From NCBI GenBank assembly GCA_041686715.1, contig JAWLDI010000001.1, forward strand, positions 1 to 53,636: 53,636 nucleotides of DNA. The letters run 5' to 3'. Origin of the DNA: Pelovirga sp. (GTDB taxonomy: Bacteria > Desulfobacterota > Desulfuromonadia > Desulfuromonadales > Geopsychrobacteraceae). Position 1 is the first letter of the stretch, and every line of letters starts with the position of its first letter. A program made the position numbers and the translations under genes. Positions 8,333 through 17,776 of the stretch are shown piece after piece. The notes beneath the pieces were generated by a model that was given only the letters and a program-made list of their open reading frames with translations, made no database searches and was not told the origin of the DNA.

Positions 8333-9081
8333 CCCTTGACATCCGCGATATCCGCATCGGCTACGCCGGCCGCATGGTCCTGCACGGCCTGAATTTTCAG
8401 GTCAGCCAGGGGCAGGTGCTGACCATCCTCGGCCCTAACGGCGTCGGCAAAACCACCTTGCTGCGCTGTATCAATGCTATGCTGAAACCCAAAACCGGGG
8501 CGGTACTGATCGAAAATGCCGATGTCTTCAGAATGCGTGCCGGTGAGATTGCCAAACGTATGGGTTATGTCGCCCAGCGCAACGATGCCGGACGCATGAC
8601 CGCTTTTGACGCGGTGCTGCTGGGGCGCAAGCCGCATCTGCGCTGGCGCGTCGGTGATGATGACCTGTTAAAGGTTGATGCCGCCCTCAAGCAACTTAAT
8701 CTTGCCCATCTGGCCCTGCGCAATATCGACGAAATGAGCGGCGGTGAGCTGCAGAAAGTCTGTATCGCCCGAGCATTGGTTCAAGAACCCTCGGTGTTGC
8801 TTCTCGATGAACCGACCAGCAGCCTTGATCTGAAAAACCAGCTCGAAATTCTCCATACCATTCAGCATATTGTCCGCGAACATCAGCTAACTGCCGTCAT
8901 GACCATGCACGATCTGAATATGGCGATGCGCTTTTCCGACGCTTTGTTGTGCCTTAAAGACGGCCACCTTTTCTTCTGCGGCAACTGCGAGGAATTAACT
9001 GCCGATATTGTTCAGCAGGTCTACGATATCGAGATCGACATATTGCGTCATCAGGGCAAAACCCTGATCGTGCCGCGCTGA
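8329..9081 (+). CDS. FecE/BtuD family ABC ATPase
   Basis: GPNGVGKT, MSGGELQ, LLLDEPTS, HDLN. Confidence 0.92.
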   Translation: MTLDIRDIRIGYAGRMVLHGLNFQVSQGQVLTILGPNGVGKTTLLRCINAMLKPKTGAVLIENADVFRMRAGEIAKRMGYVAQRNDAGRMTAFDAVLLGRKPHLRWRVGDDDLLKVDAALKQLNLAHLALRNIDEMSGGELQKVCIARALVQEPSVLLLDEPTSSLDLKNQLEILHTIQHIVREHQLTAVMTMHDLNMAMRFSDALLCLKDGHLFFCGNCEELTADIVQQVYDIEIDILRHQGKTLIVPR

Positions 9082-9174
9082 AGTTTTCTGCTTGTCGTTG
9101 TTTGCAACAACACCTGCTGTAAAAATATTGGTGAAGCAATGCAAAAAACACCTGTAATGCTTTAAGATGCTGTC

Positions 9175-9747
9175 ATGCGCATCTTTATCGCGATTGAACT
9201 GCCTCCGCAAATCAAACAGCACCTCGGCGACATCACCCGGCAGCTACGATGCAGCGATGTCACTGCCGGCTGGGTCAAACCGGACAATCTGCATCTGACC
9301 TTGAAATTCCTTGGTGATGTTGATGACACCCGGTTGCCCCGACTTGCTGAGAAGATCAGCCAGATTGCTCGACAACAGAATTCTTTCACTGCCAATCTGA
9401 ACGGCTTCGGCTTTTTCCCCTCATCCAAACGACCACGCATCCTCTATGCCGCCATCAAAGAGCCACTACCATTCAAACAACTGGTGCAGCACCTCGACCG
9501 TCTACTGGGACCATCAGGTTTTGCTCCGGAGCAGCACTTTACTCCGCATATTACCCTCGCTCGTATCAAGAGCATTAAAAACCTTGAAAGACTCCGACAA
9601 CAGCTGGATGACAGGATCCTTCGGCAAACTTTTACTGTCAATGCCATCACTGTCTTTAGCAGCACTCTGCACGCAGATGGAGCACAATACCAGGTGCTGC
9701 AGCGCGCATTACTTGCTAAAACAATCAAGCAACCATCGACATCCTGA
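9175..9747 (+). CDS. thpR: RNA 2',3'-cyclic phosphodiesterase (2H family)
   Basis: MRIFIAI start with two HxT motifs (HLTLKFLG, PHITLAR). Confidence 0.9.
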   Translation: MRIFIAIELPPQIKQHLGDITRQLRCSDVTAGWVKPDNLHLTLKFLGDVDDTRLPRLAEKISQIARQQNSFTANLNGFGFFPSSKRPRILYAAIKEPLPFKQLVQHLDRLLGPSGFAPEQHFTPHITLARIKSIKNLERLRQQLDDRILRQTFTVNAITVFSSTLHADGAQYQVLQRALLAKTIKQPSTS

Positions 9748-9849
9748 CAAAAACCGTCAAAAGCACCTTACCAGACAACCTGTTTTCCGCTAATATTGCC
9801 AACCGATTCACAATGCACTCAGGTTCTCAACCTAGATAATGGAACAAAG

Positions 9850-11358
9850 ATGACCAGAGGTATGATTCACTTGATATACCGTGGATTGATTGTCGCGACA
9901 GGTTTGATCGTGGTGTTGACTCTTTTATTGGGCAGCATCCTTCAGGCAAATGCCTTCATCGATTGCGCCCCTGGTCAGAAATTCAACCCTGTCGCCATGC
10001 GCTGCGAGGCTGCCCTCGATTGCCCTGACGATGTTGACGCCGGCACTGACATGTCCTGTCAGGGCGTTACCTCAAGTCCGCTGGTTCCATCCCTGACAGC
10101 CGAAAGCTTCAGTTGGATCGATGCCGCCGACAGTCCGACATTGACAAGCAGGTCAGCAGGCGCCCAGCAGATCCTCTATTTCTGGGGCATCGGCTGCCCA
10201 TTCTGCGAACGCCTGAAACCACAACTCGAACAACTGGCGGAAAAATTCCCACAGGTTGAACTGCGTGATCATGAAGTTTACTACGATCGTGCCAATCAGC
10301 AGCTCTTTCTCGAAACAACCAGCAAATACGGTATCGATTCTCACAGCGTTCCCTTAACCCTTATAGGTGAGCGTCACTGGATCGGCTACCGTGAGCATTT
10401 CCCCGATGAGATGCGCGCCGAAATAGAAAAACTCCTGGGCAGCACTGACGGTACGAATACCACTTCAGCAACAGCATTAGACACTATCAGTGTCCCACTG
10501 TTTGGCAACATCAACATCGGCACCATGCCCCTGCTGCTGACAACGGTACTGATCGCCTTTGTCGACGGCTTTAATCCCTGCTCACTTTGGCTGCTGACGA
10601 TTCTTCTCGGGATCCTGTTACACACGCGCTCGCGCCGCAAAATTATCATTGTCGGACTTGCCTTCTTGCTGACAACGGCAACCGGCTATGGGGCCTTCAT
10701 GCTGGGTTTGCTCAATGTCTTTTTGTATGTGGGATATGTCGACTGGATCAAAATCGTTGTAGGTTTGCTGGCTTTAACCTTTGCCGTGGTCAACATCAAG
10801 GACTACTTCTGGTTTCAACAAGGGGTGAGCTTTACTATCTCCGACAAGCACAAGCCGGGGATTTTCAAACGCATGCGCAACATCATCAACAAAGACATGT
10901 CGACAGCGGGCATGGTCGGCGCCACCATCATTATGGCCCTGGGTGTAACCCTGGTCGAACTGCCCTGCACCGCCGGCTTCCCGGTTATCTGGTCTAATAT
11001 TGCCGCCCAGCAGGGGGTCAACGGCATTGAATTCGCGCTATTGTTTGTGATTTATCTGGGCATCTACCTGGGGGTCGAAATCGCTATCCTGGCGACGGCA
11101 GTCGTCACCCTGAAAAAGAGTGTTTTGGAAGACAAACACGGGCGTATTCTCAAACTGATCAGCGGTGTGATCATGCTGGTACTGGCCTATGGCATTGTCT
11201 TTGCCTACGACGCCCTTGGCAGCCTCGGCGGTGTCCTCGCTCTGTTTGGAGCGGCTGCAGCAATTATCGTTCTGGTTCTCCTTCTCCACCGGATCATCCT
11301 GCCGCGCTGCGGCATCAGCTTGGGCTCGGAGAAGCAGAAGCCTCGTTCTCACAAGTAG
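9850..11358 (+). CDS. Membrane protein: thioredoxin-fold domain fused to a CcdA/DsbD-like transmembrane domain
   Basis: CPFC and SVP cis-Pro; membrane Cys motifs DGFNPCS and VELPCTAGFP; many TM helices; start uncertain (9796/9850/9862). Confidence 0.75.
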   Translation: MTRGMIHLIYRGLIVATGLIVVLTLLLGSILQANAFIDCAPGQKFNPVAMRCEAALDCPDDVDAGTDMSCQGVTSSPLVPSLTAESFSWIDAADSPTLTSRSAGAQQILYFWGIGCPFCERLKPQLEQLAEKFPQVELRDHEVYYDRANQQLFLETTSKYGIDSHSVPLTLIGERHWIGYREHFPDEMRAEIEKLLGSTDGTNTTSATALDTISVPLFGNINIGTMPLLLTTVLIAFVDGFNPCSLWLLTILLGILLHTRSRRKIIIVGLAFLLTTATGYGAFMLGLLNVFLYVGYVDWIKIVVGLLALTFAVVNIKDYFWFQQGVSFTISDKHKPGIFKRMRNIINKDMSTAGMVGATIIMALGVTLVELPCTAGFPVIWSNIAAQQGVNGIEFALLFVIYLGIYLGVEIAILATAVVTLKKSVLEDKHGRILKLISGVIMLVLAYGIVFAYDALGSLGGVLALFGAAAAIIVLVLLLHRIILPRCGISLGSEKQKPRSHK

Positions 11359-11386
11359 CTTTACCAACAAAAGAGAGGGGCGAAAC

Positions 11387-12238
11387 ATGACTCCATCCGA
11401 GCATCTCACCTTCTGTACTGACCTGATCATCTCCCTGGTTAATGGGGCGCCGCAGAATCACCTCCATGGCTTTGATGAAAAAGCCTGGGGCAGTCCGTTG
11501 ATCGGTGTGGCGACAGGCGCTGATCCCCTGTTTACCCAATACAAACAGATCATCGGTTCGGTGCACTGGACACCAGCGGAAACACTTGCGCTGGCCTATC
11601 CTGAGCAGCAAGTAGCAGCGGAAGAGTTACGGGTAGTGAGCTGGATTTTGCCACAAACAGAAAGCACCCTGGCAGATCAGCGACTGGAAACGGAACTACC
11701 GGCACCACGCTGGGTTTACTCGCGCTATTATGGAGAACTGTTCAATGACTGGCTGCGTATCAGGGTCCGCGATGAGTTCGCCGGGATGGGACTGCGGGCG
11801 ACGGCGCCGACCCTGCTACCAGGCTGGGGCTATCGCCAAACCCGGCAGGCCGGCATCTGCTCTAACTGGTCGGAGCGTCATGCAGCCTATGCGGCAGGCC
11901 TCGGCACTTTTGGCCTGTCTGATGGTTTGATTACCGAAGTGGGAAAAGCGGTCCGCGTCGGCTCAGTCGTCGTTGCGGCCGACATTGCGATCACCCCACG
12001 CAACGTTACCTCCCATACCGCCAACTGCCTCTTTTATGCCCGCGGTACCTGTGGTGCCTGTATCAAACGCTGCCCGGTGGCTGCCATCTCCAAAGCCGGG
12101 CACGACAAAATCGCTTGTTACAACTATATTCGCCAGGTGACCGTCCCTTTCGCCAAACAGCTTAGCGGTCAGGAGGTGACACCGTGCGGGCTGTGTCAGG
12201 TTTGCATCCCCTGCGAACGCCGTAATCCTCTGTGGTAA
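11387..12238 (+). CDS. QueG/reductive-dehalogenase-related 4Fe-4S dicluster protein
   Basis: WSERHAAYAAGLGTFG, CGACIKRCP and CGLCQVCIPC; RBS GAGGGG before ATG 11387. Confidence 0.75.
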   Translation: MTPSEHLTFCTDLIISLVNGAPQNHLHGFDEKAWGSPLIGVATGADPLFTQYKQIIGSVHWTPAETLALAYPEQQVAAEELRVVSWILPQTESTLADQRLETELPAPRWVYSRYYGELFNDWLRIRVRDEFAGMGLRATAPTLLPGWGYRQTRQAGICSNWSERHAAYAAGLGTFGLSDGLITEVGKAVRVGSVVVAADIAITPRNVTSHTANCLFYARGTCGACIKRCPVAAISKAGHDKIACYNYIRQVTVPFAKQLSGQEVTPCGLCQVCIPCERRNPLW

Positions 12239-12334
12239 AATCGGGGACACAATTCGGTAAAATTGGGGACACAAAACCAATTATGAAATAATTGGAATTG
12301 TGTCCCCAATTTTGCTTGTGTCCCCGATTTTACC
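12234..12334. repeat. Nested GGGGACAC inverted repeat (MITE/REP-like) between convergent genes
   Basis: Two tandem GGTAAAATYGGGGACACAA units facing two TTGTGTCCCCRATTTT units. Confidence 0.85.
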
Positions 12335-13573
12335 CCCTCTGCGCAGCGATTCAAAATAATCGCGTTGTCGATGGCCGCAAAAATTTTTCTGTAAAAGGGA
12401 GTAGATCCGACTGGCCCGTACCTGCAGAGCAAGCTGGTTTTGGGCGCGCAGGAGGGTCTCAGGGTCAGCACTGTAGCGGCGTTTGAGCAGTGCCTGAACC
12501 CGGGAAAAATTCTGGATCAGGGGAATCGTGCGCCGTTTGCGCCGAGAGGCCAGAAACGCCTCGCCCCGCTCACTGACAGCGAGCAGGTGCAGATAGGCCG
12601 GGGGAGCAGCCAGCAGCAGCCGCGCGACTTCAGCTTCAATGCCCAGGAGAACCGCCACTAACGCCCGTTGCACCCGGGTCCGGGTGAGATGCCGCGCCTT
12701 GACAGCGCTGATCAACTGTTCCAGATTATATGCCTGATCGGCGGCAGCGACCAGACGCTGCGCCAATCCCGCTTCGATAAGCCAGTAACGGCTCAGATCA
12801 TCGGGCTGCCGCGCAATTTGCGCAGACAGCAGACGATAATAGATGTCTTCGTTCAGCCCCAAACCTTTTTCGAGAGTCTTTTCCAGTAGAAGAGCAACTG
12901 CTTCAGGAACCAAACCGGTGACCTCCAAGTCCTCACGCAAACGCTGGCGAATCCCGGTAGCACTGGCAACCCCCTCCCTTGCGTCGAAATCGTGATAACC
13001 GGCACCAATACGGGTCATGGTCAGAGGCGCTATGGAGCTGCCGGTTTCACTCAATGCCCGCAGATAAGCAAGACCGAGGATATTATTCGGGTTGGCAAGA
13101 ATCTCTTGTGTGTCAGCCTCCGGAAAAAGCTCAGCCAGCGCTTGCGCCCGCGCATGGGGAAATGTGACACCGCGACGCAACGCGGTTGAGGTGCGATGTT
13201 CAATAATGTCATGGGTGTCAGCCAGAAGATCAGCACAGCCCTGTAAGGCATTGAGGTCGCCACTTTCGCTGCCGAAACAGCAGGCATCGACCCCCAGGGC
13301 GGTGAGCGCCTGGATTGCGCCCCGGGCAAAATCCGGAGCGCTGCTGCAGGCCCAGGGCAGCGGTAATTCGACCACAACGTCAACCCCGACCGCCAGGGCC
13401 ATCTGTGCCCGTACCCACTTGTCCACCAGCGCCGGCTCACCGCGCTGAAGAAAATGACCGCTCATCACCGCCACGGACACTTCCGCCTCTGCCAGTTCAA
13501 GGCTGCGGCGCAGATGGTACAGGTGGCCGTTGTGGAACGGGTTGTATTCGGTGATCAGTCCGACAGCGCGCAT
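12281..13573 (-). CDS. tmcAL: tRNA(Met) cytidine acetate ligase (HIGH-NTase1/YlbM family)
   Basis: ITEYNPFHNGH, MSGHFLQRGEPA, PNNILG, RIGAGYHD, SATGIR, TRTRVQR. Confidence 0.85.
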   Translation of the reverse strand: MRAVGLITEYNPFHNGHLYHLRRSLELAEAEVSVAVMSGHFLQRGEPALVDKWVRAQMALAVGVDVVVELPLPWACSSAPDFARGAIQALTALGVDACCFGSESGDLNALQGCADLLADTHDIIEHRTSTALRRGVTFPHARAQALAELFPEADTQEILANPNNILGLAYLRALSETGSSIAPLTMTRIGAGYHDFDAREGVASATGIRQRLREDLEVTGLVPEAVALLLEKTLEKGLGLNEDIYYRLLSAQIARQPDDLSRYWLIEAGLAQRLVAAADQAYNLEQLISAVKARHLTRTRVQRALVAVLLGIEAEVARLLLAAPPAYLHLLAVSERGEAFLASRRKRRTIPLIQNFSRVQALLKRRYSADPETLLRAQNQLALQVRASRIYSLLQKNFCGHRQRDYFESLRRGGKIGDTSKIGDTIPIIS

Positions 13574-13600
13574 AAAACAATAACCTCACCCCAAAAGCAA

Positions 13601-14293
13601 TCACAGCTTTACAGAAATCCGCTCCGCCACCCGATTTTCCTCCGGGGTGGTGCGGGTTTTGTAGGCCAGCACCTCAACCCCCGTTGCTGCCGCCTGACGC
13701 AACAGGCGCCCGTACTCGGGGTCGATCTTGTCTGCCGGGGAAAAATACAGCGCCTCGCCACGCTGCACGAGAAAAAAGATAACACTGCGATACCCCCGCC
13801 TCAATGCTGCCTCCAGTTCGAGCAGATGCTTCTGCCCACGTACCGTTACCGCATCGGGAAAACAGGCGGTTTCGTTATCACAGCAGAGGGTGACGTTTTT
13901 CACCTCGAGCAGGACCTTTTCTTCACCTTTGGTCAGGAGAAAGTCGATGCGGCTACCGCCATAAGGATATTCGGCGCGCACCTGATAATCACGAAATTCC
14001 GTAATCCATCCCTGCACCAGGGCTTCGGCCACCAGCTGGTTGCTGCGCTGGGTATGGGTATCGACCCAGTCGTGACCAACCTGGATCAGTTCCAGCGTCC
14101 AGGGGAGTTTACGCTTGGGATTGTTCGCGGCGGAGAACAGTACCGGATAACCGGGCACCGCGCATTGCTTCATGCTGCCGGTGTTGGGGGTATGAGTAGT
14201 GATGATCGTCCCGTCGGGGCGTTCAATATCGGTCAGAAAACGCTGGTAGCGGCGCAGCAGGGTGCCGGCAAACAGAGGTGCAGGTAGTTTCAT
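13601..14293 (-). CDS. sfsA: Sugar fermentation stimulation protein / nuclease SfsA
   Basis: RYQRFL, HTPNTGSM, SRIDF, EVKNVTL, FPDAVTVRGQKHL. Confidence 0.93.
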   Translation of the reverse strand: MKLPAPLFAGTLLRRYQRFLTDIERPDGTIITTHTPNTGSMKQCAVPGYPVLFSAANNPKRKLPWTLELIQVGHDWVDTHTQRSNQLVAEALVQGWITEFRDYQVRAEYPYGGSRIDFLLTKGEEKVLLEVKNVTLCCDNETACFPDAVTVRGQKHLLELEAALRRGYRSVIFFLVQRGEALYFSPADKIDPEYGRLLRQAAATGVEVLAYKTRTTPEENRVAERISVKL

Positions 14294-14459
14294 GGTGACT
14301 CCGGGGCTGAGTTTCCTGTCATCTTAGCGGGTTACCTCCTCATTTCACAAGGGACAGATGTTGCGAAGGGGGATGGATCATCGTATATTAGCGCCTTCGA
14401 TCCATTGAGCCTGTTCTTTGTGCCAGCACCCATACCATTTATCAAGCCGCGAGGTCCCC

Positions 14460-16100
14460 ATGACAGACAACCTGATAACACGTACCCCATCCGCCTACGA
14501 CTATCCGCTGCTGATTAAAAACCTGTTTGCTGCCCCGGCTGTCAGCAACCCGCACCAGACCATTGTCTACCGAGACCTGCAGCGTTTCACCTATGCTAAT
14601 TTCAAGCAGCGGGTCTGCCGTCTGGCCAACGCCCTGACCACCATCGGTGTTAAGGCCGGCGACACGGTGGCAGTCATGGACTGGGACTCCCATCGCTACC
14701 TTGAGTGCTTTTACGCTGTTCCCATGCTGGGTGCGGTGCTGCATACGGTCAACATCCGCCTGTCAGCGGAACAGATTCTCTATACCATCGACCATGCTGA
14801 GGATGATTACATCCTCGTCAACGAAGAGTTCCTCCCCTTGCTGGAACAGATTAAGGGGCGGATCGACACGGTCAAATCTTACGTTCTATTGCAGGATGAG
14901 CGGCAGCAGGTAAAGACCGGCCTGCCCCTGGCCGGAGAATACGAAGCTTTGCTAAATCAAGCAGCTGACGGCTTTGAGTTTCCCGATTTCAATGAAAACA
15001 CCAGGGCCACAACTTTTTATACTACCGGCACCACCGGTATGCCCAAGGGGGTGTATTTCAGCCACCGCCAGCTGTTATTACACACCCTCGCCGGCATGGC
15101 GGCGCTGGGCAGCGTCACGGGCCAGGGGCGTCTGCATCAGGAAGATGTGTACATGCCGATCACCCCCATGTTTCATGTTCATGCCTGGGGACTGCCCTAC
15201 ATTGCCACGTCACTGGGAATCAAACAGGTTTACCCCGGCAAATACCTGCCGGAAATGCTGCTTAAGCTGATTGACAGCGAAAAAGTCACCTTCTCCCATT
15301 GCGTACCGACCATCCTTCACCTGCTCATGAACCACCCCCTGTTCAAAGAGATTGATCTAAGTGGCTGGAAAGTGCTGATCGGTGGTGCGGCCCTGCCCAA
15401 AGCCATGTGTCAGGCTGCAAGGGCACGGGGAATCGATATCTATTCCGGTTACGGCATGTCGGAAACCTGCCCGGTGCTGACTCTGGCCCATGTTACTGCG
15501 GAGGATTTAAGCAGCGAAGAGGACCAGGAGATCCGCTGCAAAACCGGCCGTCCTCTTCCCCTGGTCGATCTGCGCATCGTCGATGAGCAGATGCAGGACG
15601 TTCCCGCCAATGGCCAAAGCGTCGGCGAGATTGTCGTGCGCAGTCCATGGCTGACTCAAGGCTATCTGAAGGATCAGCGCAATTCGGAAACCTTGTGGCG
15701 TGGGGGTTACCTGCATACCGGGGACGTCGCCAACCGCGACCGGCACAACTACATCAAGATTACCGACCGGATCAAGGACGTCATCAAGATTGGCGGTGAG
15801 TGGATTTCGTCATTGGAGGTGGAAGATTTTCTCGCTGCTCATCCGGACCTTGTCGAGGCAGCGGTCATTGGATTGCCTGACCCCAAATGGGGTGAAAAAC
15901 CGGTCGCCCTGGTGGTCAGAAAAGAGTCCACTGAAATCACCGAAAAGGAATTGCTGAATTATATCCGCGGATTTGTCGACAAGGGGCTGATTTCTAAACA
16001 GATCGTGTTGCTGAAGATCGAGTTTGTTGACAGCATCGCCAGGACCAGCGTCGGCAAAACCGACAAGAAACTGCTGCGCGAAAAATATCAACAACACTAA
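14460..16100 (+). CDS. Medium/long-chain fatty acid--CoA ligase (AlkK/DmdB-like)
   Basis: YTTGTTGMPKGV, PMFHVHAWG, GYGMSET, LHTGD, KTDKK; GAGG RBS before 14460. Confidence 0.9.
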   Translation: MTDNLITRTPSAYDYPLLIKNLFAAPAVSNPHQTIVYRDLQRFTYANFKQRVCRLANALTTIGVKAGDTVAVMDWDSHRYLECFYAVPMLGAVLHTVNIRLSAEQILYTIDHAEDDYILVNEEFLPLLEQIKGRIDTVKSYVLLQDERQQVKTGLPLAGEYEALLNQAADGFEFPDFNENTRATTFYTTGTTGMPKGVYFSHRQLLLHTLAGMAALGSVTGQGRLHQEDVYMPITPMFHVHAWGLPYIATSLGIKQVYPGKYLPEMLLKLIDSEKVTFSHCVPTILHLLMNHPLFKEIDLSGWKVLIGGAALPKAMCQAARARGIDIYSGYGMSETCPVLTLAHVTAEDLSSEEDQEIRCKTGRPLPLVDLRIVDEQMQDVPANGQSVGEIVVRSPWLTQGYLKDQRNSETLWRGGYLHTGDVANRDRHNYIKITDRIKDVIKIGGEWISSLEVEDFLAAHPDLVEAAVIGLPDPKWGEKPVALVVRKESTEITEKELLNYIRGFVDKGLISKQIVLLKIEFVDSIARTSVGKTDKKLLREKYQQH

Positions 16101-16106
16101 TGTTTC

Positions 16107-16145
16107 AAACCTCCCCCCAACATATTGTTGCGGGGGGAGGTTTTT
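16107..16145. terminator. Intrinsic terminator between convergent genes
   Basis: AAACCTCCCCCCAAC...GTTGCGGGGGGAGGTTTTT hairpin with T tail. Confidence 0.8.
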
Positions 16146-16150
16146 CCGTG

Positions 16151-17269
16151 TCACACCTTCAATACCTCATCAACCGGCACGTATTCCAGTCCGAATGCTT
16201 CCGCCACTCCTTTACAACACACCAGTCCATTGACAACATTAAAGCCTTCAGCAATACCCGCATCCTGCCGTGCTACAGATTTCCACCCCTGGTTGGCAAT
16301 TTTGCAGGCATAGGGCAAGGTAGCGTTGGTCAGGGCCATGGTCGAGGTCAAGGGCACAGCGCCGGGCATATTGGCAACACAGTAGTGGAGAATACCGTCA
16401 ACCTCGTAGGTGGGGTTGCCGTGGGTGGTCGGACGCGAGGTTTCAAAGCAGCCTCCCTGATCAATAGCAACGTCCACCAGCACCGTACCCGGCTTCATCG
16501 TCGCGAACATCTCACGTGTCACCAGGCGGGGCGCCTTGGCACCATGGACCAGCACTGCGCCGATAACAGCGTCGGCTTTAGTCACCAGTTCCCGGATGGT
16601 CGCCGGTGAGGACATCATGACGAAGCAGTTGGCCGGCATGGTTTCATCCAGATAACGCAAACGAGTCAGATCCTTGTCGAGGAGATAAACCTTGGCCCCG
16701 AGCCCACAGGCCATGCGCGCGGCCTGACTGCCGACCACGCCGCCGCCAATCACCACCACCGTCGCCGGCTCCACCCCGGGTACGCCACCCATGAGGATAC
16801 CGCGCCCCCCCTGGGCACGTTCCAGATATTTGGCCGCCTGCTGGGCCGCCATGCGTCCGGCGACTTCACTCATGGGGGTCAGCAGGGGCAGACCACCGGC
16901 AACATCAGTGATCGTCTCATAGGCGATGCATACGGCTTTGCGATCAAGCATGGCCCTGGTCAGTTCTTCGCCGGCGGCAAAATGAAAATAGGTAAAAACG
17001 ACCTGCCCCTCTCGGATGTGCTGATATTCCTGCGCTTGTGGCTCCTTGACGTGCATCACCATGGCAGCGCGGGCATAAACCTGCGCGGCCTCAGGCACAA
17101 TTTGCGCACCTGCGCACTGATAATCCTCATCGGTAAAACCACTACCGACTCCGGCAGATTGTTCCACCAGAACCTGGTGCCCGGCAGCAGTCATGACCTC
17201 GACTCCGGCCGGGGTCATGCTGACCCGGTTTTCCTCTGCCTTGATTTCCTTGAGTATTCCGATAATCAT
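16151..17269 (-). CDS. ald: Alanine dehydrogenase
   Basis: [54 protein letters not shown]. Confidence 0.95.
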   Translation of the reverse strand: MIIGILKEIKAEENRVSMTPAGVEVMTAAGHQVLVEQSAGVGSGFTDEDYQCAGAQIVPEAAQVYARAAMVMHVKEPQAQEYQHIREGQVVFTYFHFAAGEELTRAMLDRKAVCIAYETITDVAGGLPLLTPMSEVAGRMAAQQAAKYLERAQGGRGILMGGVPGVEPATVVVIGGGVVGSQAARMACGLGAKVYLLDKDLTRLRYLDETMPANCFVMMSSPATIRELVTKADAVIGAVLVHGAKAPRLVTREMFATMKPGTVLVDVAIDQGGCFETSRPTTHGNPTYEVDGILHYCVANMPGAVPLTSTMALTNATLPYACKIANQGWKSVARQDAGIAEGFNVVNGLVCCKGVAEAFGLEYVPVDEVLKV

Positions 17270-17293
17270 CGTCACCTCGCCAGTTAGATCTAA

Positions 17294-17585
17294 TTTCACC
17301 ACCCGTTCGCTTCGCTCACTTGAGACACAGAGAATGCATGTTTATTATGAATACTGGTTATGTTCATGGCTCCGAAAGACAATAAATCTAAAAATGGCTT
17401 TTTGGTCCATGGAAATCACAAAAAAACACAGAAAGTTAAACCATTACAGCAATGCAGTCTTTCACCAAACAGGTTACACAATGAAGTTACAATGTCTTTT
17501 AATATTCATTTCGTGGATTCCGTGTTTTCTGTGGATAACTGCTTTTTCATGAATTTCTCAGTGCCTCAGTGACTCTGTGGTGAAT
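17294..17585. repeat. Composite palindromic extragenic repeat (CACCAC/CACAGAG family with a nested second family)
   Basis: Arms 17294-17332 and 17551-17585 match, inverted, the element at 23651-23751; inner imperfect inverted pair at 17406-17434 and 17509-17535. Confidence 0.7.
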
Positions 17586-17776
17586 GCTTTATGAACCCGA
17601 GTCAATAGTTTGAGTGAAGTGAACACCCAGGTAAAGAAAAAAAATAGCGGAGCGATTCTGTAGCCATGAATTGAGACAAACTGTGCGTAACACTGATTAC
17701 TTCCACACGCTTTTCTGCTAGATTCATCTGATAGCATACCGCTTTGGTTTTCAATTTCTTTGTTACAGGACAACCC

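Noticed and set aside
11387-12238. Respiratory reductive dehalogenase
   Set aside because: Too short, no Tat signal, no rdhB anchor gene
12234-12334. CRISPR array
   Set aside because: Units are inverted and nearly adjacent, without unique spacers; no cas genes
17651-17666. Minus-strand TGGCTACAGAATCGCT as sigma54 promoter for ald
   Set aside because: GG-N10-GC spacing fits but flanks are weak and it is ~380 bp from the start; not supportable
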